A stretch of 63,409 nt of DNA, counting the filler, from Choristocarpus tenellus KU-1152 (lineage: Eukaryota; Protista; Phaeophyceae): the NCBI GenBank assembly GCA_964200185.2. It is 10 parts of 10 records of this genome, joined end to end, with 100 filler letters (N's around TTAATTAATTAA, not from the genome) between each part and the next. Parts side by side here need not be neighbours in the genome. Positions count along the whole stretch, not along the records: positions 38,981 to 57,769 come from CAXNAD020000518.1; positions 57,870 to 60,379 come from CAXNAD020027203.1; positions 60,480 to 63,409 come from CAXNAD020023576.1; 7 more parts are not named here. One strand, 5' to 3'. The notes beneath the pieces were generated by a model, which did no database searches, was not told the origin of the DNA, and saw only the letters and a list, made by a program, of their open reading frames with translations. The translations under genes and the position numbers were made by a program. Numbering within the stretch: position 1 is the first letter of the stretch; each line of letters begins with the position of its first letter. Shown here piece by piece: positions 53,234 through 63,409 of this stretch.

Positions 53234-56200
53234 ATGGCCCTTACGGGGACCAAGCCGGGGAGCAAGTCAGCAAGATGTGATGCAGCATGGATGGGGTGGG
53301 GAAGGGTGGCGGTCTCCGTGCTGACGTTTTCTATCCGAGGAACGGCAACCGGGGCAGCGGTCAGCGATGAGACCCTCGTTGCTGAGGCAGGATCAATTGC
53401 TTCAGATGGACGAGATCTCCCTCCATTCTTTATCCAAGACCCGATTGACGGTCTTTGTCTGAGTGGGGGAATATTTAGACGTTGCGCGATAGACACCCTT
53501 TGGCAAGCATATGGTGAGCCAGGGGACTTTGCGGTGCGACAAATGGCACTGGAAGAAGGTGAGTAGTGCTTTCATTTTCTGTTGCAATCACCACACAGCT
53601 TTGTTGTGATATGCGGGCACGGTGAATCTCACAGAGTAGGCAAAGCAAAACACAGTTAAAATATCTTCGCTTTCGTCTTCATTACCTCTGTCTTTAGGTG
53701 AACCTCTTGGTAGATACATGATACGTAACATGTAAGCCTTTAATGGCATTCGTACACCCAAGTAAGGAATGTCCTTTAGTTGTACCGTGTTGTGAGAAGA
53801 GATACTTTGCAATAAATCTACCAGAAAACCATTGTATGGGTTCAATGCAACCTTTGTTGTTCGGGAGATTCAAAGGACATTCGTTTATCGGCTCCAATAT
53901 CTGTGGCATGTTTCTAGAAGTAGGTGCTGATGATGTTATCGTATCCTCTCTCGCTCAAGCAAACATCATTTCATATTTTTTCCTTTTATATTAGTATACC
54001 ATAGGAACAATAAGCCTAGGAACTATCAGCAGACTTCTCCCAGGATGCTTGTTATCCCTTGAACTGAGCCATACAGGGTTGCGCCTAAAACACACGTATG
54101 CCAGACTGCAGTGTGCGAGGCTGTCTTTGACAATGATATGGTGCGGCATGTATGCCATGCACTAGACTTGTGCTCAGAGAATATGATATGCTTCAATGGT
54201 CCTGCTGTGATTGTGTGCTATATTTCCAACACTGCTACCTTCCATAAACTCAAACGTGAAAGAGTTCTGTTGACATGTAGGAATGCATGACCCAGACCTG
54301 CTAATTGGATGAGACTTCAGCTTCGTACTCTTGAAAAACCAGTGTGCTGGACCTAGGACATGGGTGCCTCTAATTTCCATTCCAAAGTTTCTTGGTTGAC
54401 TGGCTTGTCCTGGCTTCTGGTCTGTGCATCCACAGTGACATCATAGAAACTGTTGCCTCACACACGTTGTTTATGTTATCCACAAGTCTACTCAAACGTA
54501 CCTAATTAAAACAGTCCGCTGGTGCAAGTGTGTTAATCAAGTTGTAGTCCCTTCCCCTCTCTGTTATGATATCCGACTGTAGTTGGTGCTATGTCCTCTC
54601 CTCGCTTGTTTTCTCAATACTGCAGCTGTTCTTCTCGTGGTGACTGACTGTGTGCTTTGGATTGATGTTGTGTACAATCCTGTTCCTCTTGTTGCAATAT
54701 GTACGAGTTCAGGGAAGGACACAGACAGCAAGGTTTGCCTAGACAGAAAGAGCTGTGATTCCACTAACTCGGCTATTCGAGCTGGGAGCTGTGATCACTG
54801 TGGGGCAAAGGGCTGGAGCATTACAAGGTAAGGTGTAGGATAGAAACCTTGTTTAACTTTGGTTGTCTTGCCCCATTTTGTGACCGGTTTAGGCTTAGGG
54901 TTACAAGGGGTGACAGGAAACAATTTTTATAGCATCCTTGGGAGCTTGTAACTGATGTGGGAGAGTGTGGACCTGATTACCGAATGGTTCTTGTTGTTTT
55001 GTTGGATTGTGCTGGCGGAAGATGTTCCGAAGTGAAGGGGATGATATAAACAATTCATATTCCAGTGTTGCAAGTATGCTGGTTGTGTGACTGTGATGAT
55101 TTTGTGGTTAGACTGTTTTTGCACATTGTTGGAACAACTGTAGTACTTGTAGTTCTGCAATTGTGTTGTTGAAGTGTCTGTGTTTTTCAAAACTTCAGAG
55201 CTCTTCCGAGGGCCAGTTTATAGAGTATGCAGAAGTCATTGTGAGAACGCCTGTATCCTTCCCCTTTACCTCGACTTTCCTATTCCCCTCCCCCCCCCCC
55301 CAATTCAGATCACCATCTTCCCATTGTTGTCTTTATGCATGCTTCTTTGTTGACCATGTGTTGAATAGTATGCGGGGGAGGCTTTAATTGTGTAGGATGG
55401 TATCCAATCTACATTATTGTCTTTTGGAGGCCTTGCAAATACCCACTATGATGTTACCCTACAATATCAACATAGGGGTGCATCTATTCTATGCCTCCCA
55501 CTGAGAAACTGCAAGAACGCCTTCCTGATGTGATATATTTCCTTTGTCCGCACAACCTGTTTGAAGTGATGCTGAACAGAAGAAGTAGATGTATACTTCA
55601 TCACAGCTATCTTTTGTGATGATTAATCAATCAATTGTCTCTTAGTCACCATGTTCACAGAACCTGTTTTGTGGCTGTTCATGATCTCATTCCTGACTTG
55701 TAGTGAGGGTTAAGGTTGAGGGGTGGGGCAAAACAGGAGGCCTGCTTTTGCTTGTGGTTTGGTGCTATGCTATTGGATTAACTCATCCTTTTTCAAATAT
55801 GCCTGCTTCTTGGCATGTATCTTGTTGATGCACATGTCCAGGTTGCCTTTTTGGTCTCCCAAAGTAGTGTGTGATGCCAAAAGACAGCTAAGCTGTTGTG
55901 ATTGATATGTGTCTGGGTGGAATAAAAAAGATGGGTAAAAATTATGTCTAGTTTTTGTCTTTCTTCATCATGAACATAACTTCTCATCCTATATTGGCAT
56001 CATATATCACCTACTATGAATGAGTTGATGTTACGTACAGTACTTGTCCACCGGAGGCACAAAGCAACAGCGAAATGCAATGTGCTGGCCCTAATCCTAA
56101 GTCCACCCCTAACCCTAATTCTAACCCTGATCTTTCCTTGTGGCCTTTCATATGTTTCAGGTACCCTGATGATGACCTTGGATATGCGCTATCGGCTGGG

Positions 56201-57402
56201 ATTCCGCCCTCAGGATTAGATCTAGCTGTCTCCAGTGGGATAATGCTGCCTCAGCTATCAAGTGGCTGCTGTGTTGTGAGGGACGGGGATATTGCTCGCA
56301 TGGGTTTGTGTGGTGATAAAACACGCCTCCATGTACAGGTAAGGGAGTTAGGGTTAGGGATGAACTTGTTTCGAGATACTGTAGTACCAACAATTGGACT
56401 CTCTGTGGTGATGGTCTTTTTTGTGCTTGAAGTTAGGTTTCTTCGGATTAAGTAGCCTGTATCTTGAGGGGATCTCTTGGGGAGAGGGGGCTTGGGGTGG
56501 TGGGGGTTGAGCGGCAGCGAAGGAAAGTAATCACTGTGATCTTGTATGTATGGTGCATGCAGCTAAAGTCTCTTGTATGTATGGTGTATGCAGCTAAAGT
56601 CTCTCTTCAAGGGTGAAGATTCCCTCTCAAGGGGCACTTGAAGATTTGCACAAGTGTATGGTGTTTGCTTTTGCTGTACTGAATGAAGTTGAAATACTAA
56701 GTTGAACTCTAAGTTGAACTACAAACTTGATCTATGAAGATGGAGGTGCCATGGTATTCATTCAATCAACCATCTTTGCTGAACTGGATTTATATGCATC
56801 CCATACAACAGTGCCTTAACCCTAATCTGTATATATGTTAGACACTGTCCCTAACCCTAAGTTTGTGTCCTAGCCCTACCATGTACACTGTTTTTAAAAA
56901 TGGTGGATACCACTATTAGAGGATAGTAATGTTATAATTCCTTTATCTCAGTGCACAAACATATACATATATACTGCAGTCATCACTACAGTGAGGCTGA
57001 CTAACGTATTTTTTTCTTTAACACCCCCCCCCCCCCCCCCCCCCTCCCCCGCCCCCCACAACCCCACATCAACAAAAAACNNNNNNNNNNTTTTTCTCAG
57101 TAAAAAAAAAATTACATATATACTGCACTAACCACCACAGGGGGGCCTACTAACTTTTTTTTTTTTTTCCCCCCCCCCCCCCCCCCCCACTCCCAATCAA
57201 CAACAATATATACATTACGAGAAAGTTTGCAAGTGTGGAGGACATTGCTGCAATGAGCGCTCCAGGGGTACGACTCATCACAGCTGCCAGTGATGGAGAC
57301 AAGAAGTCAGTTAAGAGGTGGCTAGAGCAGCAGGTGCCAGTAGATTCCCGGGATTGGGATAACTTGACACCCATCATCGCTGCCGCCAGTCAAGGTCACC
57401 TG
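53234..57402 (+). CDS. Probably secreted protein with a Cys-rich (ricin-B/beta-trefoil-like) N-terminal domain followed by ankyrin repeats (5' part)
   Basis: Phase-consistent exons 53234-53558, 54713-54827, 56161-56338, 57226-57402. Translation includes PFFIQDPIDGLCLSGGIFRRCAIDTLW...CLDRKSC...CDHCGAKGW...RLITAASDGDKKSVKRWL...DSRDWDNLTPIIAAASQGHL (ankyrin), with a hydrophobic N-terminal segment. Confidence 0.85.
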
Positions 57403-57629
57403 GTGAGTTGAGATTGGGAATAGATTGTGAGTTGAGGGTTATGGTTCATGGAGTAGGGTGTGTTATTTTCGACTTTTTGAAGATTATTGACCAGGGATGG
57501 TGAAATAAATCAGTCGTATTCTGTTTTACTAGTAATTTGTGTTTTTTAGTAGCAATTTGTGTATCTTTGGTAGTAATTTGTGTATTGTGATGTCCAGTTG
57601 TGTGTTGTAGTTAGTGTGGTCTCTTGTTA

Positions 57630-57769
57630 GTATTGTTCGTAAGTTAGTATTGTTAGTATTGTTAGTAAGTTAGTATTGTTAGTATTGTTAGTAAGTTAGT
57701 ATTGTTAGTAAGTTAGTATTGTTAGTATTGTTGGTATTGTTATTAAGTTAGTATTGTTGGTAAGTTGGT
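57630..57769. repeat. (TTAGTATTG/TTAGTAAG)n tandem repeat
   Basis: Directly visible. Confidence 0.9.
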
Positions 57770-58224
57770 NNNNNNNNNNNNNNNNNNNNNNNNNNNNNNN
57801 NNNNNNNNNNNNNTTAATTAATTAANNNNNNNNNNNNNNNNNNNNNNNNNNNNNNNNNNNNNNNNNNNNGGGGGGATTATTATGATGAGCTCTAGGGGTG
57901 CAGCAGGGTGGTGGGTTGCCTTTCCCTACCTGATGGACTTGACTGTGCCAGAAAAATGAAGTAAAATTTAATTAAATAAATAAGATAAAATAAATAAGAT
58001 AAAATAAAGGGTTGGGTTTGTCTACGGTCAAGGTCAAGTACTTTCTTTTTGTAGGGTTAGGGTTAGGGTTGTTACATTGGTTTGAAACCGCAAAATCCAA
58101 TGTGCAACCCTAACCCTACAATTCTCTAGTCCTTTTGCCTCCAATTTGGGGTTTTGCTATGATATTGATACAATATCATCGCATCAATTTATAGCGTCAA
58201 TAGTATTAATGGTGCAAATTGCTG

Positions 58225-58352
58225 ATTACTGATTGGTGATTGGTTATTGGTTATTACTGATTGGTTATTGGTGATTGGTGATTGGTTATTACTGATTGGT
58301 TATTGGTGATTGGTTATTACTGATTGGTGATTGGTTATTGCTGATTGGTTAT
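58225..58352. repeat. (TGATTGG/TTATTGG)n simple repeat
   Basis: Directly visible. Confidence 0.85.
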
Positions 58353-58959
58353 GCCGGATGTAGGAGTGGAGTTACATGCGAATGACGCCCTGTAGCCCTA
58401 ACCTGGACCGGGGCTTGACAAATACGGAGGCGTGTCATGGTGTTCGTGTGACTGCTCGGGGGTAGTACATACAAGTAGACATAAAATAAATAGGTGTTTT
58501 TGTAGGGTTAGGGTTAGGGTTAGGGCTGAATTGGTCATCGTATTTATTTTATTTTGTTTTTATTTTGCGTAACGTGCACTGGATATAAGATCGTGTACGC
58601 CTTCCAATGTATGGATCAGAATAGTTGAAAAAATATATTTATATTTATATGTTTGTATTCTGAAAGGTGCAGCGTAGAGTGGGTCCTTTGCTTGCAACTG
58701 GGTCCTGAGAAGGTGTTCTTGTGTGGTGTGGTGATGGATGTGATGGAGATTGGATGCGCATTGAGCAGGTGTGGGTGAGGTGGGAACAAGAGCCATGGTG
58801 TGAGGAGTTTTGAAATATTAGGGGTTGCATCTTCTTGTCAGTCACTGTGATTGTGGGGGTGGGGGGTGGGGGTGAGGGTGGAGGAAGAATGAGTTGTGTT
58901 GTGTTCTGGTTGTGTTTGTGGTGATGTGAAAAGTGGAGTTGGTGTGGTGTGTGTGACGC

Positions 58960-59295
58960 ATGTAGTTGTTTGGAGTAGACTGTCTCTCTTTGATATTGTT
59001 TGAAGTAGACCGGCTCTCTTTGATGTAGGTGTTTGAAGTAGATTGGCTCTCTTTGATATAGTTGTTTGGGGGTAGACTGGCTCTCTTTGATGTAGTTGTT
59101 TGAGGTAGACTGGCTCTCTTTGATGTAGGTGTTTGGAGTAGATTGGCTCTCTTTGATGTAGGTGTTTGGAGTAGACTGGCTCTCTTTGATGTAGGTGTGT
59201 TGGAGTGGACTGGCTCTCTTTGATGTAGTTGTTTGAGGTAGACTGGCTCTCTTTGATGTAGGTGTTTGGAGTAGACTGGCTCTCTTTGATGTGGT
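58960..59295. repeat. ~33-bp minisatellite, about 10 copies
   Basis: GTAGACTGGCTCTCTTTGATGTAGGTGTTTGGA units. Confidence 0.9.
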
Positions 59296-60595
59296 TGTGC
59301 CTTGTTACGATCAAGGTTTGATATTTTTTTTCTTTGAGGTAATGATATGCTGTGCTTGGAGTAGACTGGCTCCTGTGCTAGTGATGTTTCTTGATTTATT
59401 TTTACATGATGTCAACCCAAGAACAGGTGTTATTAGAAAGTCAGAAGGGCCCTTATACCTTAGAGAGTCTTCTTACATGTTAGGGCTACATCCCCCTCCC
59501 GGTTACTTGGCTATGGAATCACTGTTTTCAGTATGATACTTTTGTTTGCTTGTATTCATTCTTATTTTTTATCTACTGTATTTACCCAAACAGACAAGAG
59601 CATGGGCACCCTTACCTGTTCTTAACTCTTTTGTTAAAATATTAACTGTTTGGGAGGGAGAGCATAAAATGTATATATATATATATATATATGTATGTAT
59701 ATCCTCCCCCTAATATAACCTTGTATTAAAGTAATGGGGATTTTTTATTCTCCTCTTTTTAAATGACTGGCAATCCTAGCGCCTATCTATCACCCCATCA
59801 ATTTTTTGTGCCACCGATGTGATGCAGATATAAGGCATTACAAAAAAATACTAAAAACTCCTAACATTTTCTTTTTTTAAAGAAAAATAAACATCTATGA
59901 CATTCCTCGCTGCAAGGTCACTACACTGAATGGTAAAAAAAATAAATTTCCCCCCAGAATGGTGGTAAGAATGACGATATTTTCAAACTCCACTGTACCT
60001 ATCCCTTTGTTTTGTTGAGTATCTCTCCCCTCCCCCACAAAACCCCTACAACCCCCACAATCCCTGTTTGAATTGTATTCCTCCTCATCATTATCCTCCT
60101 CCTCCTCCTCCTCTCCCCACTCCTGCGCTGTGGTGTACGGCATGTTCCTGTTCTGTCCCTTGCATCTTTTTTTTGTTTTTATTTTTTATTTTTGCAATTA
60201 AAAAATATATATATTATATATTTATATTTGGGACGTTGAAACCGTCTCTGTGTACGTGTGCATTTTTTTCTTCTTCATTTTTGTACTTTTTTTTTTTTTT
60301 TTGGGGGGGGGTTTTCTGCAATTTTTTTTTTTTTTTTTTTTTGTATAATTTCTCCTTCGTGGTTTCCTCCCACCTTGATNNNNNNNNNNNNNNNNNNNNN
60401 NNNNNNNNNNNNNNNNNNNNNNNTTAATTAATTAANNNNNNNNNNNNNNNNNNNNNNNNNNNNNNNNNNNNNNNNNNNNCTATAATAGTGCTACTGATTA
60501 TATGAGCTTGATCATCATCCTTAATTGAAGCAGCGCAGTGTTTGCTTGTAAAAAAGTTACATGTTCCTTTTGTGTTTAACTCTACAGACTCAAGT

Positions 60596-60844
60596 TTAAA
60601 TAATTTTAGGATATTTTTTATTATTATAAAATCCTTCCCAATTAATATCTATACCTATAGTGTAGAAATTCAATAAACTACTCAATAAAGTATCTACTTC
60701 CTTTGCAGGTCTGATACTTGGAGCAAACATCATTGTGTTTTTTTCTCCTTGTAATACACAATTACTTGCTAAAGCAATTAATACTGGCTTTGGACCTATT
60801 TCAAGAAAGTTATAAATACCCATCTCATTTATTACTGATACACT
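60596..60844 (-). pseudogene. Fragment of a type I polyketide synthase (end of acyltransferase domain plus post-AT linker)
   Basis: SVSVINEMGIYNFLEIGPKPVLIAL...PSIRPAKEVDTLLSSLLNFYTIGIDINWEGFY matches the FLEIGPxPxL...PSLR...LLxxLxxLYxxGxxIDW pattern of modular PKSs. Confidence 0.75.
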
Positions 60845-60893
60845 CTACTATAAACCATATAGACTACTAGTCTATATTGCACAGCACTCTCAT

Positions 60894-61044
60894 GGGGGAG
60901 TGTGCAAAATAGGATAATAGTGAGGTGTACCTTATTTTGTGTATGAGAGATAGTCGTTTTGATTAATTCCATGTGGTGTAACTAATGAGAAAGTACATCA
61001 GAATTATGAATGGAATATGTATGGGTTTTGTTGATTTGAATTCA
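60894..61044 (+). mobile_element. PPT plus the start of a Copia-like LTR related to the 30940-33144 element
   Basis: GGGGGAG-TGTGCAAAATAGGATAATAGTGAGGTGTACCTTATTTTGTGTATG is nearly identical to 33064-33120. Confidence 0.75.
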
Positions 61045-61545
61045 TGTGAAACAGCGTATCACATGGATGTTCGAATCAATTAGAAACAAAATGAAAGAAA
61101 GGAAAAAGAAAAGAAAGATAATTTTAAAAAGAAAAGAAAAGAAAAAGAACAAACAAAACAAAAAAAAGAAATTCAATTGTGAACCGTGGATAAACACGGG
61201 GATGGAGTTGGCCATACACCATCACTCAAATAACTGTTCATCAAAACAGTTGTCCTCCTGAAAAATAAAAGAAACGAAAAGAAAATGAAAAGAAAATATA
61301 ACATGTGTGCAAGAGTCATTTGTAAATAAATGAACTCGGATCTCCTCTGTTCATACATGGGTGCACATGTACAAAATATGGCCAAATAGACATCCATGTG
61401 ACATATATATCAAAAGATATATATATGTAACAACACAACCACAAATCATTGACTGAAACACAAATAAAATTCGCATCACATATATATTTAAAAATATATA
61501 TATATACTAACTTCAGCAGAAAATTCAATGAAGTATGGAAACCTT

Positions 61546-63409
61546 TCATTGATCAGAATTGATAACGATCAAAGGTTTTGTGTTGGAATGATGTGTATCC
61601 AGAAAATGTTGTTGACAATATGCAGCAATCATATCTGCACATTGTGGCAAATCAAGTGGACGATAGAATACATCAGAAGCACGGTCATAGCCTTTAAGAC
61701 GTAGTCTATATTCTATGTTCATAGGTGAACGAGGTCCACGGCCAAACTTGTGTCCCACAATCGCTTCAATAATATAAGGACCAATGGTTACCGGGGATTC
61801 AAAATCATCCAGATCTGGTAAGGGTAAAGTTCGGCCTAGAAAAAATTCACTGAGTTTCATAAAATCAGGTTCAGGTGGTTGTGTGTTTGGAATGTAAGGT
61901 TTGAAGTGGGCTAAATGAACAGAAATGTCTTTGATGTCACCCTGTTTACGAACACAGTAAACTACAGGAGAAATCTTAGCGGTGACAGTGAAAGGTCCAC
62001 GCCAAGGATGAATCAGTTTTGGATTAGGTCCGTCAGGATCAGTATGTGGACGATGCACCAAAACTTGAGCTCCAACTTGAAACACAGGGAAAACGAGAGT
62101 GTTTCATTGTTAGTAATTTTCTTAGCATTCCATTCTCCCAGATTGCGACGGGCTAATTCAAAAGCTAACTGTAAATTCTCAGCTGTTGATTGAGTAAGCT
62201 CTTGACTAGATTGTGCAACTGTTGTTTTAGATAGACCAAAAATGACATCTATCGGTAAAATTGGCCGGCGTCCAAAAAGTAGGAAGAAAGGTTTTTCTTG
62301 TAATGTGGTATTGTATGCCGTATGGTGAGCCAATTGAAGAAATGGAACAACAGTCGCCCACTTATTCTCTGCAATGTTACTGTACATGGATAACATTTGA
62401 TGCAAAGTAGAATGAACACGCTCTAAGACAGAGTTACCCTGAGGTCTGTAGGGTGTGGTTCGAGTTTTATGGTACCCAAACACTGTCTGCAATTCCAGAA
62501 CAAGTTTATTGTCAAATTCCGAACCTTGGTCAGAGTGAAGGATTTCGGGTGCCCCAAATATTGAAAATATCATTTCAAACAAAACTTTGGCAATGGTAAC
62601 TTCTTCTTTGCCTGGAATGGGAATGAGAAAAGCAAAGCGTGTCAACTGACAAATAGCCAAAAGAACATAACGGCAACCACGGGAAATGGTTTTATACTGT
62701 ACAAGATCAACAGCAATCCGTTCAAATGGTCGAGTGGCAGGAATTTGTCCTTGAGGTAATGTAGGACGTCTGTGAGAGGTTTTTCGTCTTTGACAAAGTT
62801 GACATCTTTCACACCACTCTCTAACATCTTTTTGAAACATAAGCCACCAATATCGGTCTCGTACCTTGTCCAGAATATGAGATAGACCAAAATGACCCCC
62901 CCGAAGTGGGATGATCATGACAAGCATGCAACACCAAGATTGTAATTCTTTTGGAACTACTAATTGACCACGAAAAGCTCGATGTTTGCGTATATGCCCT
63001 GAAAATATGATCGGTACTGCAAGTTAGTGTCAGCATCAACATAAAAATATGACATTCTATATCTCGATTCCCGGGGAGGTAAAGACACTGAATCAGGGAC
63101 TTCTAAATACGCAAAGTAAAGAGATAATTGTTTCATTTGAACATCCTCAATTTTGGTGTGGTCTAAAGTTGGAAAGATGTTCACTGAACTACTAAAAGGT
63201 TCGCGGTCACTCTGAATTATATCTAATTCATGAAGGCAGTCTGGATATATTTCGTATCCTTGACGCGGGGTTTCCGCATTTGAAATGGTGTTTTCCGGAA
63301 TATTCCTACAAATAGGAGAAAGTACTTTTGGCATACGATCAATCTCAATATCAAACAGACGAGAAAGGGCATCAGGTACAACATTGTCTCTGCCAGGTTT
63401 ATGATGGAC
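61546..63409 (-). mobile_element. Ty3/Gypsy chromovirus pol remnant (end of RNase H, integrase, chromodomain), frameshifted
   Basis: HKPGRDNVVPDALSR (RNase H end), GGHFG...WW...CERCQLC (zinc-binding), IAVDLV/LHSDQGSEF/PQGNSVLERVH (DDE core), KLIHPWRGPF (GPY/F) and YIIEAIVGH...EYRLRLKGY (chromodomain). Frameshifts near 62085 and 62930. Confidence 0.92.

Noticed and set aside
53161-54450. Minus-strand ORF fragments as an N-terminal domain of the array gene
   Set aside because: They contain multiple stops and overlap the better supported + strand gene and its intron.
58960-59295. 33-bp repeats (also 39606-39703 and 33370-33672) as possible CRISPR arrays
   Set aside because: Head-to-tail tandem units without unique spacers, no cas genes, and a eukaryotic context.

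Overview
Eukaryotic, intron-rich and repeat-rich DNA, most consistent with a brown alga or close photosynthetic stramenopile (bipartite plastid presequence, TTAGGG repeats, centriole genes). The window is several contigs joined by artificial N-TTAATTAATTAA-N linkers, so adjacency across linkers is uninformative. Hand-built spliced models support six genes: POC1 (-), a CEP295-N-terminus-like coiled-coil gene (-), a Tat-targeted thylakoid-lumen protein (+), a secreted Cys-rich/ankyrin protein (+), a disordered protein with repeated W-L-x-x-A-A-x-x-G motifs (+), and an ankyrin cassette gene (-). Mobile DNA includes a decayed mariner transposase, Gypsy protease and chromovirus integrase remnants, a non-autonomous Copia-like LTR element, several MITE families and a ~0.9-kb palindrome. 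The most striking feature is the ankyrin cassette gene at 42310-52736 (-). It carries 14 tandem ~117-nt exons in a phase-0 register, each encoding one 39-aa ankyrin repeat. The repeats vary most at the ligand-binding (DARPin-randomised) positions, sit in homologous intron units, and five have splice or frame defects. This is a candidate exon-shuffling or combinatorial-splicing recognition system, analogous to the LRR/TPR exon arrays described in Ectocarpus but built from ankyrin repeats. Decay into a pseudogene is the main alternative, since exon 2 has an in-frame TAG. Also notable is an AT-rich type I PKS fragment immediately upstream of an LTR-retroelement polypurine tract.
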